The position numbers and the translations under genes were made by a program. A DNA stretch of 64,000 nucleotides. Source: Microthyrium microscopicum (taxonomy: Eukaryota). Location of the stretch: positions 1,809,530 to 1,873,529 of the forward strand of contig MU004238.1 in NCBI GenBank assembly GCA_010405405.1, given 5' to 3'. The first letter of the stretch is position 1. Each line of letters opens with the position of its first letter. Of this stretch, positions 1-13,362 are shown one piece after another. Below the pieces are notes generated by a model. That model was not told where the DNA came from. It worked only from the letters and a program-made list of their open reading frames with translations, and made no database searches.

Positions 1-704
1 GATTGCGCTTCTGAATTTAGAGAACACTTACGGCAGCGATGAATCTGTTGACGATGCTTTCAAACGAGCGTGCAGCTTCAATGACAAGCAAGAAATGCAC
101 CAACGCCTCGTCAGTATCTTCATTGAGTCCGGCAAACACGACGTAAGTTCTCTGTGTTTTTTCACAACACAACAAACTAATGAATTTCCAGCGCGCCGAA
201 AATCTATTCCAAAGCATGACTCACATGAAAGATATAACCGCCCAAATCCCCTTCTGGCTGAACTACGCCACTTTTCTCCTCACCACCCTCAACAAATCCG
301 ACGCTGCTCGCGGCCTGCTCATGCGCGCCATGCAATCCGTTCCGTCCGACGACCACTATATGCTGACCGCCAAATTTGGTGCTCTCGAGTTCACGTCTAC
401 TAACGGCGACACGGAGCGTGGACGCACCGTCCTCGAAGGTCTACTGAGCACGTTCCCGAAGAAATTGGATCTTTGGGATATGTATGTTGATCTGGAGAAG
501 GCACATGGGAGTGTCGATAAGGTCAAGCATTTGTATGATCGGATGGCGAAGTCTAAAATGAAGAAACGACGGGCAAAATTTGTGTTTGGAAAGTGGTTGG
601 AGTACGAGGAGAAAAATGGAAATAAGGGAGATCAGGAGAGGGTCAAGGCGTTGGCGGCCGCTTATGTGCAGAAGTTGAAGAAGGCGGAGGAGGACGAGGA
701 GTAG
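1..704 (+). CDS. RRP5: rRNA biogenesis protein Rrp5, C-terminal HAT/TPR region (5' end outside window)
   Basis: IALLNLENTYGSDESVDDAFKRACSFND..., KFGALEF...GDTERGRTVLEGLLSTFPKKLDLWDMYVDLE and FGKWLEYEEKNG...VKALAAAYV match the Rrp5 C-terminus. One intron at about 143-191. Confidence 0.9.
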
Positions 705-1064
705 GCTGGATAGTGAGATCAAGATTGAAATCTTTGTAGCGTTGTTGTCATCACGATTGCATTTTTCAGGGGTTTGTTTACATCTTTGCAGTGACAAGAT
801 TATTGGGATATACCAATCAACACAACGTCTTCCTTCCGGGATTTATCGTTGCATGTCTGCCCTAGGCTATTCACTTTGCTTACGGACCTCTGGATATTCA
901 CCCATGCTTATTCATGTCTTGTCCATATTTCGAAAGGGCGTGGTTTTACACAACCGATATCGCCGACACCAATGACTCAACGCGTACTCTTATTCCCAGG
1001 CTAACTCAACTGCCAATTGAGGAGCAAGATTATTTGGACTATTTTCCCTGAACATTAAACCATC

Positions 1065-2454
1065 ATGAAGGGCATTCCAGGATTTAAGATTGATAAATGG
1101 GGTATGTCGTCTCTATGAGCTTGGAAAGGCAGAAAATAATCTAACAATATTTCCAGTCCAAGAGTACGGAGTACGTTCTATATCAACAACATCCAAGGCT
1201 AAAGCTAACAATCTTTGTCTCTAAGCCCAAGTCGCAAATTTCACTTCACAGTATATCTCTTGGCCATGACGATGCCTTAACGGCTCACTAAACATATCGC
1301 AGGTTCCGTCATTTCCCCAATATCATTGCGAGAACTCCAGAAACTAGCCCCAGAGGAATCCCAAGCAGCCATAGACTATGATCTACCCCTGAACTATGGC
1401 CCCGTTCAAGGCTCAGTAAAACTCAGGCAGCGTATCGCTGAACTGCATTCATCGCCAAAAGTTCAACTCACTGAAGAGAATGTCATCATCACCACTGGTT
1501 CCATTCTTGCAAACTACCTCGTCCTTACCAGCATCTGCGGAGAAGGAGATCATGTTATTTGCCAATATCCAACGTACGGCCAACTTTATGCGTTGCCTCG
1601 ATTTGTGGGCGCAGAGGTGGATATGTGGGAGATGCGTGCTGAGAATCAATGGATACCCAGCGTCGAGGAACTCGCTGCGATGATAAAGCCAAATACCAAA
1701 GCTATAATTCTCAAGTACGGCCCCAGAAACCCACGTTCGTGCATTGCGGAATATACTGATGATCTCAAGTAACCCCAGCAATCCTACTGGTACTGTGCTC
1801 CCCGAGGCCGTCCTTGAAAATATTGTAAAGCTAGCTGAAAAGCATAACATCCTCCTCTTTTCTGACGAGGTTTTCGCTCCCTTATTCCACAGCTCTGTCA
1901 CTGCTCCGCCGCTCATATCGCTCGGATATCCGAAGACCATTGCGACGGGCTCGGTCTCAAAGGCCCAAGGCTTGGCTGGCGTGCGAGTAGGCTGGATCGT
2001 CTCGCCTGATCGTGCACTGATTGAGCAGGCTATGACTCTACGGGATTACACGACGATCAGTGTGTCGCAACTAGACCAAAGTGTTGCAAATTTTGCCTTA
2101 TCACCTGCGCTGTTGCCGAAATTGATGGAGAGGAATCTTGCTGTGTGCCAAAGGACGATTGGCATGTTGGACGAGTTTATAAAGTCTAATTCAATACGAT
2201 GTGAGTGGGTCAAACCAGCAGGTGCCGGCACAGCTTTCGTTCGCATTTTGCAGAGAGATGGTCAGCCTGTTGATGAGGTGAAGTTCGCGGCGGGTTTTGT
2301 ACAGAAATTTGGGGTGTCTGTTGTCCCTGGTGGGTATTGCTTCAGTCAGGATGGATCGGATGACTTCAAGGGTTATATTCGTGTGGCTCTTGGGGACGAA
2401 CAAAAGTTGCGTGATGCATTGCCTCTCTTGCAACAGTTTTTGGGTACAGAATGA
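1065..2454 (+). CDS. PLP-dependent aminotransferase class I/II (VioD/capreomycidine-synthase-like fungal family)
   Basis: Motifs YGPVQGS..LRQRIA, NPSNPTG, FSDEVF, TGSVSKAQGLAGVRVGW (PLP Lys) and GYIRVALG. The N-terminus MKGIPGFKIDKWVQEYGPKSQISLHSSVISP is assembled from exons 1065-1101, 1157-1170, 1226-1250 and 1303 onward. Confidence 0.88.
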
Positions 2455-2617
2455 TTTAGACAGATGGATAACTTGGAACGTAGAGAAGGCACACTGCACT
2501 TCCGTCCAATCAAACATCGGTTTTGACTGTGCCGTCGCTTTTTATGGTGTGTAGCCTGTAGGGCTGTAGCTTGTTTTGGGTGTGTCCAGTACATCATCTT
2601 TTTGACTGACTTTCAGT

Positions 2618-3434
2618 GACACCGAAATAAAGAAAGGTCAACGCTACAAGGTCTCTTCTCTCACTCACGGAATCAAGAAGTGGTATCTAGGACAAGAAGA
2701 CAAGCACAGTTTAGGAACGGCTCCAGAAGAAGATCCCAAGCTCATCTCTGTGGTGCTCAGCTCCCATGACAATCAAACATTTGAAGCTACAGGAAGCAAT
2801 GCACCACCATTAGTCGCGGCGATCAGCACATCTGTGCCTCAAATTGATCTTTCTGGGACGCCTACGTTTACGATATTTGCTGATTGGAAGCTGGTCGGAT
2901 CTCGCAGAATCTGCATTCTTTTAGACCTGATGTGCCAATCCTGTATGGGCATTAGGATTCGCGATCCTCAGACCGGAAGACGACGAGGCCCGGAGCCTGA
3001 TCAAATCAAGAATGACTACGATGATGGGGATCCATTGCTGGAAGAAGACACCCCGGAATTCAGATATGGACTGTCAGACCCATATTTGCTTCGCATTGGG
3101 CCAGGAGATGTGGCTCGCATGTCATATACCTTTACCGATGAAAACAGATGCCCACCTTTTGGTAGGAATGATTATTGGTACTTGAAGTCAGGTAACACCT
3201 ACAACATACAACATCAACCTCTATGACCGTCAATGCAGATGGATGTAAGAGGATGAACTTCCCAGGCCCGATATGAGCGACAAGCGGCTGAAGCAATGGC
3301 TAAAACTGCAACGGGAGTGTACCATCATTTCGGAGTGTATCTTACCCATTGAAGTCGTTGGCAGGCCTCCTGAGACTCGGGGAGCCAGAGATTACGCAGA
3401 TGTCGGCTTGGAGCTAATACCATCCAAGGAATGA
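2618..3434 (+). pseudogene. Probable disrupted fungal hypothetical gene
   Basis: A protein-like frame begins after a CTGAC..CAG acceptor with no obvious upstream exon. A 7-nt tandem duplication TACAACA (3200-3213) shifts the frame and there is an in-frame TAA at 3246-3248. The repaired frame reads ...GNTYNINLYDRQCRWM*EDELPRPDMSDKRLKQWLK...IPSKE*. Confidence 0.5.
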
Positions 3435-3705
3435 AAGCTTTGATGGACAGAAACTGACGTGCTGGCAGCAAAACAGCATGCTGGTTTAGAACTGCTATCT
3501 ATGATCATTTGACATGAGTGGGCACACGAAAGCCATGGATCGGATAGGCAGTTGAAAAATGTTGACACAAGCAATACCAGCAGTCATAGCATGTCAAGGA
3601 ATTGATTTGAAAGTGAATTAAGATTTGGTTTTTACGTAAAACACAGCTTCCATTACATACCTCATCAACGTGGTGATTCAATAACATATTTCAAGCCTCT
3701 AGATT

Positions 3706-6700
3706 TTAATCAACACCAAAGAGCGGCTTCAGCTTGCGGATCAAATTCCACTCGTCGTTCGAAACATCTGCACGATAGAATTCCTTCAACGTATCGATAC
3801 TTCTTCGGTCGACGAGCGAGTAGAGCGTGTCTGTTTCCTCAAGCTGGCGGCCGTACAATGGCTGATGAGAACCCTCGATTTTGATGGCCACGCTTGGTTG
3901 TCCCTTTTTGCAGATTGAGAGTTGTTTGTGATCTCGTTCGATAGATTGTCTAGCAACTGTTAGCGATAATTCGTATAATCTTAGCATGGATCGACTTACA
4001 CTCTACCCAGCTGGATGACTTCTTTGCCATTTGGACCTTGCTTGACCGCAGCAATTGGCGTTAGGAGTCGGAGATTGCCCTCGACAACATCAACACCAAG
4101 AATGATGGGATCTTTCTTGTTGAAGACTGCCACTGTTTTGAGGACGCAGGGGAACACTGCCAACATTTTGCTTTCTTCCTTACGTTGCTGGGCAAGTTCA
4201 TCCATGTGCTTGGTGAAGGCATCGAAGAGATGGTAAATGATATCAGCGGTGAAGATCTTGATACCATTATCTTGAGCATATGCGGCAGCGTCTTTGTCAA
4301 CCTTGACATCGAAGCAAAGCATGACGGCATACTCTGGAGCCTTCTCAAGCATAGTGGCGGTCTGAACAATATCACGTTTGAAGACGGTACCGATATTGAC
4401 ATTGCCCACAGGAATCTTTGATGTCTTCAGGAATTCGAGCAAAGCTTCAAGGGATCCGAGCGTTGATGCCATGACGCTCACACCACGTCGAGACTTGGTG
4501 ACTCTAGAAAGCAGTGCCTCGAGATCGGACATGACCTCGTCTTCCAAGTCTTCCTCGTCGTCATCCTTGCCTACAACCAAAAGACGTGAACCAGCAACGG
4601 CGGAGTCTAGACCATCGGCAGCGATCTTCACACCCATTGCTGCTTTGACTTCTTTGTTGTGAACATACGCTGACTTGATTCGCAACTCCTTCATCTCGGC
4701 GGGCGTGAGCAAAGCTCGAATATTTGTGGAGATTGGACCATTGATACCACATAGCACGATTCGATCACCTTCTTTGAGCACACCGTTGGACAGTATAACG
4801 TCGATAGTAGTTCCGAGACCCTCGATGACTTTGACTTCGAGGACAGTTGCTTGGACCTCCGAGAGATACATCAGTGAGCCAGTCATACGTTCTTGACTGA
4901 GTCCGACAAGCAGCTTGAGAAGATCTGGAATACCCTCTCCAGTGTGTGCAGATGTAGGCACAAGCGAGACGTACTTGGCCATGTTTTTGTTCTCGAAATA
5001 AAGTTCAGCATTGAAACCTTGTTCAGCAAAAGCCACCTTTGTCTTGTCTAAACGATCCTTGAATTCATTTTGGCAGCCCTTATTTTGCATAGCGAAACTT
5101 TCGCGGAATCCATTATTGTCGATCTTTTTCCATCCAAAGAGTCGATCGATCTTGTTGAGAGCAACAATGAACGGCGTTTTACGATCGCGGAGGAGTTTCA
5201 TGGATTCCAAAGTTTGCGGTTCCAAGCCGTGCATGATATCGACGACAAGGATAGCAATATTACACAGACTAGATCCACGAGATCTCAAGTTGGAGAAGGA
5301 CTCGTGACCGGGTGTATCAATGACTAGAAGACCAGGTACCTTGAACTCGAACGCGCCGTCCGTATTGACGACTTGGGTCTTCTTGCGAAGAGCATCCACA
5401 GGGAAATATGTGGCACCGATTTGCTGCGTAATACCACCAGCTTCGCCTTCTTGAACATTGGTCTGGCGAATCTTATCAAGTAGCTTGGTCTTTCCAGTAT
5501 CGACGTGGCCAAGGATACAGCAAATTGGAGAACGAAGGTTGTCTTTTGATCGCGCTGCCATGGCCTCTTCGTGCTGCTTCTTTCGGCGCTCAGCAGCTTC
5601 CGCTTTTTTGGCTGCAGCCTGCTGTTGGGCAACGGTAAGCTCTTCTTCGCTTTCTGATTCTGTATCCGATTCGTCTTCAGAGTCTTCTTCTTCGTCAGAA
5701 GATTCATCATCGTTGGCTGAGGTTTTTGATTTGACCGATGCTTTGACATCAGTTATGGCTTTGGTATCTTCTTTTTCTTCATCAGAGGGCGCATCCCAGC
5801 TATCTTTGACTCCTTCAGCATCAGCCAAGGCCTCCCAATCTTCAAGCTCATCGCTTTCTTCTGCTTTCTTCGCCTCAGCAGCAAGACGAGCTTTTTCGGC
5901 CTCGGCATTTGCAGCTTCTTCTTCAGCGAGCTTGAGCTCCTCCAATTTTTTTCGGGCCGCTTCAGCTTCAGCTTCTTCCTTTGCCTTTTGGTCTTCCTCG
6001 GCTTTCTTGTTACCTTTCTTGCGCTTATCATATGTTGGTTTCTTCTTCTCATTGGCTTCAGCACCACCAATTTTGGCAACACCAGCTTCGAGCATCTGCT
6101 GTAGCCGAAGTTGAGCTCTAGCATCGGCTTCGCGTTGAGCTTTGGTTCGGAAAGTGCCTTCCTTCTTCTGCTGCTCAATCTTTTGCTTTTCTTTGAGCTT
6201 TCTGACGGCTTTGGCTTCTTCTCTACGTTTGACCTCCTCAGCTTCAAGCTTGGCTGCTTCTTCCTCGCGTGCTTTCTCCTCCGCAACAAGACGAGCTTCC
6301 TCTTCCTGTTTCTTGCGCAGCTCTTCCTGTTGTTTTTGAATTGCGGCGAGAGCAGCTGGGACCTTCTTCTTCTTTCCGCCAGCTGCTGCTGGGGCCTCGG
6401 CTTTTGGCTCTTCCACAGGTTTTACAACCTCAGCAGGCTTGGGGGTTTCGGTTTTCGCTGGGGCGATAGTCTTCTTTTTCGAAGCCTGATTCCAAGATAT
6501 TAGCAAGTGATTACAAAATCAAAGGCATATTTGAAGCACAAACCTGTTCCTTTTTGCGCAATTTCTCCCGTTCCTTTCTCTCCTTTTCCTTTTCCTTCTT
6601 GGATTTCACTCGACCACCAGTCTCTTCTTCTTCCTCATCATCTTCATCTTTGGGCTCGGGTGCCTTGCCCTTAGCCCCCTTACCCTTCTTCATTGGTTGT

Positions 6701-7026
6701 CCAAAGACATCTTCATCATCCATGGTAGCCTCTTGAGGAGCCTTAGCCGAAAGATCTTCTGCAGGAGCAGCATTGCCATTCTCTTGAGGGGCGTCTTCGC
6801 CTTCGACAAAATCTTCAACCACTTTGCCTTTCTTTTGTTTTCTTTGGCGATTCTTGCGAAGTGCCGCTAGGAGACCACCGCCATCATCTTCATCGGCGGC
6901 ATCTTTAGCGGCCTCCTCGTCTTTGGCAGCCTGGACGGCTTGGGCAACTGGATCCACAGTCTCGCCAAGATCTTCCTCCCAGTTGTCTTGTTGGGCCTTC
7001 TTGGATCCCTTCTTTTTGGGTGCCAT
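3706..7026 (-). CDS. FUN12: Translation initiation factor eIF5B (GTPase)
   Basis: [54 protein letters not shown] and NKID GTPase motifs, plus a charged N-terminus. Three exons in ORFs 6511-7026, 3996-6506 and 3706-3987. Confidence 0.97.
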
Positions 7027-7582
7027 TGTATGTTATGATGTAGTCGTGGACTAATCTGACTGATTCTTAGTCAACGAAAGGGTGTGTTCGGTAGTATTAT
7101 TTGGCCCGTTAGGCACTATTAACAGCTTTCGTCCGTCAGGTGAGGTCTGGTGGGGTACGTTTCGTTCGAAGACGGGTTCGCACTCGTGTCCTTGAAGACA
7201 TTCACGCAGGAAGAGATGATTTGGAGAGGATGAATATGTAGAACGAAGCCTACCGCGGTAGTGGAAAGACAGCAAATATGACCTGGTAGTGTGCGGACCA
7301 GCTGGATAGATGATTCAAAGGAAGTGACTGTGGGGCACACAAGCGGCAAGAGGCCTGTTGCTGCAAGGCATATCCATGTCGGCAGTGTGTGCATATCTAT
7401 CCATCGGCATCCCGATCAATTGCCGCATGTTATGCCTCGGCGTTTTATCGGAGATAACCGGGCAGCCCAAGATCCGATTCTTTTTGCTCCATCTTCAACT
7501 TTCAAAAGGTGTTGTGCAAGCTTGACTCCAACAACTACCCACCTCTCAATCGCCCCATTGCTGACCCTCTCCCCTCGGCCTC

Positions 7583-8374
7583 ATGTCTCTCGGCCTGTCC
7601 CGCGCCTCGCTGGGGCGACAAGTCCTGTCGTCGAGCCGCCAATTCATCTCTCAGAGGTCCGCCAGCACAGCTTCCGAAGCTGCCAGCTCGGCTTCTCAAT
7701 CAGCAAGTAATGTCGCCTCTTCCGCCAAAGAAAAGCTAGGTCCTGCTGCATCAAAAGCCTCGGAAGGACTCTCAAGAGTTACGTCGTCAGCCGGTAACGC
7801 GCTCGGAGCTGCTGGACGGGCTTTAGGAGGCATTGGTGGACGGACCGGTCGACTAATTGGGGCTGTTCAAGGTAAGCTGGAACGTCAATTGCTCCTCAAT
7901 ACTAGTTCAGAGCTCGAAACGGCTTGGAACTAGTAATCAGGAAGTCAATTGAGTAGTAAATGCTTCGATTGGAGCCGCTCTCTGACTCTTTATCAGGCAT
8001 GATACCACCTACAATATATTACTCACGAGTCGGTCTCGAGATGGGCAAAGTCATCTTCGAAACTCGAAGCATGAACCCTCCGTAAGTTTGCTTGAAACGT
8101 ATTTAGACCGCATTTAATAACCATTACCAGATCAGTACAAACTTTCCAGAACTACTTCAACAGCGCACTAAAAACCGTCCGAAATCCCTCCACCCTCTCA
8201 AACTATTCGCCAGGCAACCTAATTTCGCAATTTCGCAACCTTGATCGACAACAACTCACATCCGCAGGCATCATTGGTGCCGAAGTGCTCGGATTTTTCA
8301 CTATTGGCGAGATGATCGGACGTTTCAAGGTCGTTGGTTACCGAACCAGCGAACCAGCACATCACGATGAATAA
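7583..8374 (+). CDS. ATP20: Mitochondrial ATP synthase subunit g
   Basis: Mitochondrial presequence; spliced product contains IPPTIYYSRVGLEMGKVIFETRSMNPP and GIIGAEVLGFFTIGEMIGRFKVVGY (subunit g GxxxG signature). Confidence 0.92.
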
Positions 8375-8663
8375 ACGCAAGATGGGCGATAAGCTAAGAT
8401 GAGATCAGTGGTATTTTGGGGGAGCTGGGTTCTAAGCGGTCAAAAGTGCTCTTGCAAAATAAACTCTTTAGATCGAAGGGGAATGCGCTAACAGCTGCTA
8501 TTGAGCAATGCCAAAAGAGGACTGGACTGCTGTATTGCACATAATTGCCTGCTTAGATTCCATTTGTAGCCTGTATAACAGTGAAACCGATCAGCAATGC
8601 TGGATTCGGGATTGAAATGCATGGATTTGTTCATTTTATATGTAATACATGGTGATCAGCCTC

Positions 8664-10442
8664 TTAATTGAGCATGTCTATTAGTATGTCCAACATCTCT
8701 TTAAACGAGATCGACTCTTCGTCGGTATCAACGACTCCACTCAATTGCTCCTGAAGAGTACTCTTGATATCACCGAGGCCTTCATCTCGATCTGCCAACA
8801 GCTGCACGGTCTTTCTCTTTGCACCAGCATCCTCAGCTATTAGCCAAGCTAGTACTATATCCAACGTCTGCAAGCTATACAATCCCGCATCCAGTCTTTG
8901 CGACAGCCACACAGGCTCCCTCTCTTCCTGCTCCTCTGCATTCAATTCTTTCCGTTCTGCTGTGATTTGCTCCGCAACCAGTCGCAGTTTGGGCGCCAAT
9001 CCGCTACGCACTTCTACCAGTCGCGCGATCTTCTCATAGTCTTTCTCCACGAACTTCGCTAATAAGCGGATCCGCTCTGCCGAGTCACCAGGCAGTGCGC
9101 GCAGTAATCCCGCAAACGCACTCAACAGGTGTGGCAGTATCCGTGTGTCCGTGACGGGCGTTTTCATAAATGGACCAAACAGTGCTTTTAAACCTTGTGC
9201 TTCGACGATACGTTCGCAAACCTCCAGACTGCCCGCGCCACTCGCTGCATGATCTAACAGCTGGAAAGCACGTGGGCGGGCTTGTTTGGTCGCACCGCTG
9301 CGCACTAATAGAAGGGCCAGCTCAATGCCTTCTGCTTTCACGAATGCGGTTTTGCCAGCGGGTTCGGCAACGAGACAAGTCAGCGCGTCGAAAAGGTTCG
9401 CGACGAGTTCTTCGTCTGCTAGATCACGAGCTTGGTCGGCGCGACGATATGGGGCGAGAAGTTGCAGAAGGGTATCAACCGCATCCAAAGGTATGAGGGC
9501 CAGACGGTTGGGAGTGTTGGATTGGACGAGGATTGATAGCAGTTCGCCAGCGTAAAGTTTGTTTTGTGATGGGGCGGTTTCGGGTGCTTGGATTCGTTTA
9601 AGAAGCCATGGGAGGATCTTAGTGTCTTTGCCGATGGTCGTAACCAGGGCGGGTTGCGAGGCGAGTGATTCGATTATACTGAGACTGTTATATATGCCAC
9701 CGCGGTCGATTTCGTCGCTCTCATTGAGACGAGCGAAGTTTTCCACAAGGAGGTTTAGCATGTCGGCATCGATGGCTGTGTTGACGACGGCATTCCATTG
9801 TGCTTCGGAAGCGTCGACATCTTCGTCGATGAGTTCGTTGATGATTTGAATAGCTTCGATTGCTATATCGGGGTTTTCGTGAGCTATTAGCGATACAAGG
9901 GATGCAACGCAACCAAGGTTGGCAAACTCCTCGTACAATTCTGGATGCTCTGAGAGGATTGACAGCTCTTTAACTGACGTGTCTAGATCTGCTTCCGATC
10001 CCATGAACTTTGTTGGATCCTCTTCGAATTTTGCACGCAGTTCCGAATTCTTGGAGATCTTCTTTTCGAACGCGAGCGCGAATTTTCTCAGCCAAGCCAT
10101 ATCGTACTTTTCTTCTACATGCGTTTCTTCTGCATCCTTTGCATCAATAAAGTCCAGCGCCGCCTTCCCATCTTGGTCAACTCCTCCGCCAAAGAAGCGC
10201 CCATCTTCGTCGTCGCCAGGACCATAGTTTTCGTCTTCATCGTCGGGAGGTGGAGCTGGGCCCGCTTCCATATCTTCATCCTCGTCTGGATCTTCTTCCA
10301 CGGAGGCATGAGATGCTCCTTTTACGTCGCCATTTTCTGTATGCTTTGCGGACTTGTAGAATTGTGATGGGTCATGGGAGACTTCGAGCTTTCGCTTCGC
10401 AGGAAGGTGTGGTTTCTTGAATAGATCATCGATGCTGCTCAT
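8664..10442 (-). CDS. CTNNBL1: Beta-catenin-like protein 1 (spliceosomal Prp19/CDC5L-associated)
   Basis: FEKKISKNSELRAKFEEDPTKFMGSEADLD, LIAHENPDIAI, NKLYAGELLSIL, KFVEKDYEKIARL and RLDAGLYSLQ. Single long ORF. Confidence 0.9.
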   Translation of the reverse strand: MSSIDDLFKKPHLPAKRKLEVSHDPSQFYKSAKHTENGDVKGASHASVEEDPDEDEDMEAGPAPPPDDEDENYGPGDDEDGRFFGGGVDQDGKAALDFIDAKDAEETHVEEKYDMAWLRKFALAFEKKISKNSELRAKFEEDPTKFMGSEADLDTSVKELSILSEHPELYEEFANLGCVASLVSLIAHENPDIAIEAIQIINELIDEDVDASEAQWNAVVNTAIDADMLNLLVENFARLNESDEIDRGGIYNSLSIIESLASQPALVTTIGKDTKILPWLLKRIQAPETAPSQNKLYAGELLSILVQSNTPNRLALIPLDAVDTLLQLLAPYRRADQARDLADEELVANLFDALTCLVAEPAGKTAFVKAEGIELALLLVRSGATKQARPRAFQLLDHAASGAGSLEVCERIVEAQGLKALFGPFMKTPVTDTRILPHLLSAFAGLLRALPGDSAERIRLLAKFVEKDYEKIARLVEVRSGLAPKLRLVAEQITAERKELNAEEQEEREPVWLSQRLDAGLYSLQTLDIVLAWLIAEDAGAKRKTVQLLADRDEGLGDIKSTLQEQLSGVVDTDEESISFKEMLDILIDMLN

Positions 10443-10812
10443 GATGTAGATAATCAATGACTTGGCGCATACATAGGCAGGTAGGTTCTTGAGGATTTCT
10501 GTATTGGCTGAAGCTTCAAGAATAAATATCAGAAACTGAGATGAAGATGTAGGGTTGCAAAATCGGTAACCCTTGTGTACTGGGAACCAGGGGCAGTTGC
10601 TTGCGTTCCCACGAGTGACGAGCCTCCTCCACCTTGTCGCGACACGCGCAGTGACACCAGTTGAGATCCGAGAGCGTGTTCAGTCCTCAGCATCTGCCAG
10701 CAGTGCTTCCCGGCTATGCCGATTATTCTCTTCATGGTCCAAAGCTTTTGAAACCTCGCGCATTTGCTTGATATGAAATGCTTGTCCGACATTCAAAATC
10801 AGTGACTTCACA

Positions 10813-12849
10813 ATGGCTTCCAAGCTCTCATATAACGAGTTTGTCCACATCGGAAAGCAGAACTATAGAGAGAAGAACTTCGAAGCTGCCCTCGCAAACT
10901 TTAAGAATGCCTTGAAAGTGGCAAAGGAGCCAAATCTGGATATCTTGGAATTTCTGGCTGCCGCGACTGAGAAACTCGGTGAATTGGAAACCTCTCTCAA
11001 ATATGGAAAGCAAATGGTAGATCAGAGTGAAGGCAACACGAGAGGGTATCTTCGACTGGGAAAGACGCTTGAGGCGTATCAGAAGGAGTCCCAGAGGAAA
11101 AAAGGCCTTATGATCTACGATCGTGGTCTAACCAAAGTCTCCGCAGCAGACCCATACTTCAAGGTATACCAAGTGGATTATTGGTGTTTTCAGTACAAGA
11201 GCTGACTGTGGTAGCTTCTTCAATCGACTAGACACCGTCTATATCTAGTAATTGAAGGACCCAATGCTAAGGATCCCTTAACGGCTTTCCCATATGAAGT
11301 TGCTCAAATAGTGATGAGCTATCTACCCTTTCACCAGGTTATGTACGTTTAACCCATTGCCCTTGTGCATATACAACACTAACCCCCAATCTAGCAAATG
11401 TCTTGCTGTATCCAAAGGATGGAGGGGTTATTTATCGTCTTGCCCCGAACTCTGGCTAGATATAGATCTGTCACACGGCAAAACATCACGACAAAAGCGA
11501 ATTCCTAGAGCATTTGTCAAAAGCTGCGTCAAGTACTCCGATCATCAAGTCAAGTCATTAAAACTCGGATGTTTCGCTCACCGGCCAACAGTCCTCGCCA
11601 TCGCCATGACTTGCAAGAAGTTAGAATCAATCGAGATTCCCTTTGATTCTGATCTCGGCGGGGATACACTTGTCGAAACACTAAAGTACTCAAAAAGTCT
11701 CAGACGTCTGTGTGCTAAGGTCGCGCTCCCTTCGGATCAGATCAACCAGATTCTTGAGAGAAGCAGCGGTTTGACGCATCTGGACGTGGGATGGATCTCA
11801 CCAGGTAAGAATTCCTACGCGCAACTTAGTAAGGTTATTGCGAACTTGATTTGTCAAGAAATGTTCTGCCAGTTCTGGAACATTCGCATTAATAAATTAT
11901 AGGGACGGGTAGAATTCTGTTCGCATCCACATTTTCTTTACCCAACTTGAAGCATTTCGAGTGTAGAGGCCACTCATCAAGAAATGTTGAGATTACTGGT
12001 CCCAATCTTCATCAGGTACCTTCTTCGACCTCTTGATATGTAGCAAGCCCTAACGTCACAAAGTTCCTGAACAGCGTTCCCAATCTAGAATCCTTCTGTC
12101 TGACCAGCGCCACCATTAGCTCACTGGTGGCAGATTTTGGCCTTCTCAAGAAACTCAAGTCTCTCAACCTAGAAAGCGTCTACTTTGGTGTTGGCACAAG
12201 CCTAAGCCTTCCTCCAACACTCGAAAAGTTAGCCCTTCGATCTGTTCTTGGCCGACTCATAGGCTGGGGAAATTTACCGCATCTGAAGCACATTGAGCTA
12301 AGGAATTGTTATGACGTTCCCGCCTTAATGGATCGCTTACTCCAGATGACGGCAACCGAGAGCCCGGAGGTAGATAGCAAGGGCGAGCTCATCTGCTCCA
12401 AACTCGAAACGCTTATGTTGGTCGGCATGGTATGGAGCGGCAATACTATTGCAGCGCAGATATTTTCGCCAGACCTACGATCCATATTCAAGCAGCCACG
12501 AGTATCGGAAGTCAAGACATTAGTAGTTCAGGGGCCGGAATTTCTCGACGAGACGGTTCAGGTCATCGAAGGTTCGTACTGTTGAGCCGATCTGTGTTGT
12601 GTTTCGATCATTCGCTAATTCACCACTTTAGAGAACCTGACAAAACTCAATATGGTGAAGATGACTACCACCGGTGTATCCGGTGTAGCAATCAAGAAGC
12701 TGGTGCAGTCTCAAAAAAAGCTAGAGTGGATCATCCTTGAGAATTGCCTATCCGTCTCGCCCGATGCGGTGACTTGGGCCAAGAGTCAAGGTATCAACAT
12801 TCGCACTCGTTCGGAGCTTGCCCCCAGAGGACAAACTATCTGGAGATAA
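10813..12849 (+). CDS. TPR + F-box + LRR protein (Pof3/Dia2-like)
   Basis: N-terminal TPR helices (GKQNYREKNFEAAL...RGYLRLGKTL), an F-box (DPLTAFPYEVAQIVMSYLPF...CLAVSKGWRGYL) and LRR-like C-terminus. Several introns. Confidence 0.8.
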
Positions 12850-13362
12850 ATAGCCAGGCTCCACAGTCTATCATTCTTAGAGCTCTTGACGGATGGAATC
12901 TTCAACTCGCAGTGTCGGGCCCACTGGGAGGAAACCCAGACAACTGTGCCTGCAATGAGAACCGCAGATCATCTTATTTCATTCATTTTCAACAACATTG
13001 CTGAACTGCTCCTCTTGATTTAATGTCATCATTGCATGCCAAGTGTAGCAAGTCAAAAATAATATGGTTGGTGCTGAGGTAGGTCCCAAAGTACGGGTAG
13101 CGTTCGCTCCTTCCATTAAAATGGTTGCTCCTGCCTACTTCTTTCCAACTTCAACCACACGAAGGGTTGCTACCTACCTACTTTAAATATGATGCCGTGG
13201 CAACCGCAGCCGCCAACAAACGCTCGAACTTTTAACTCACCTGAGGCCCCAGGTAGTTGATCATCCTACCTTTCATCTTCTTTTTAGAAGATGAATCCGG
13301 TAAACCCCAAGGGAAGCACCGCGGTTTAGTCGGATCGCAGGATACACTTAATCCAAGCCATT

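Noticed and set aside
5458..6503. Long Ser/Phe/Leu-rich plus-strand ORFs
   Set aside because: Antisense shadows of the Lys/Glu-rich eIF5B N-terminus. The same applies to antisense ORFs over CTNNBL1, GH63 and ALDH.
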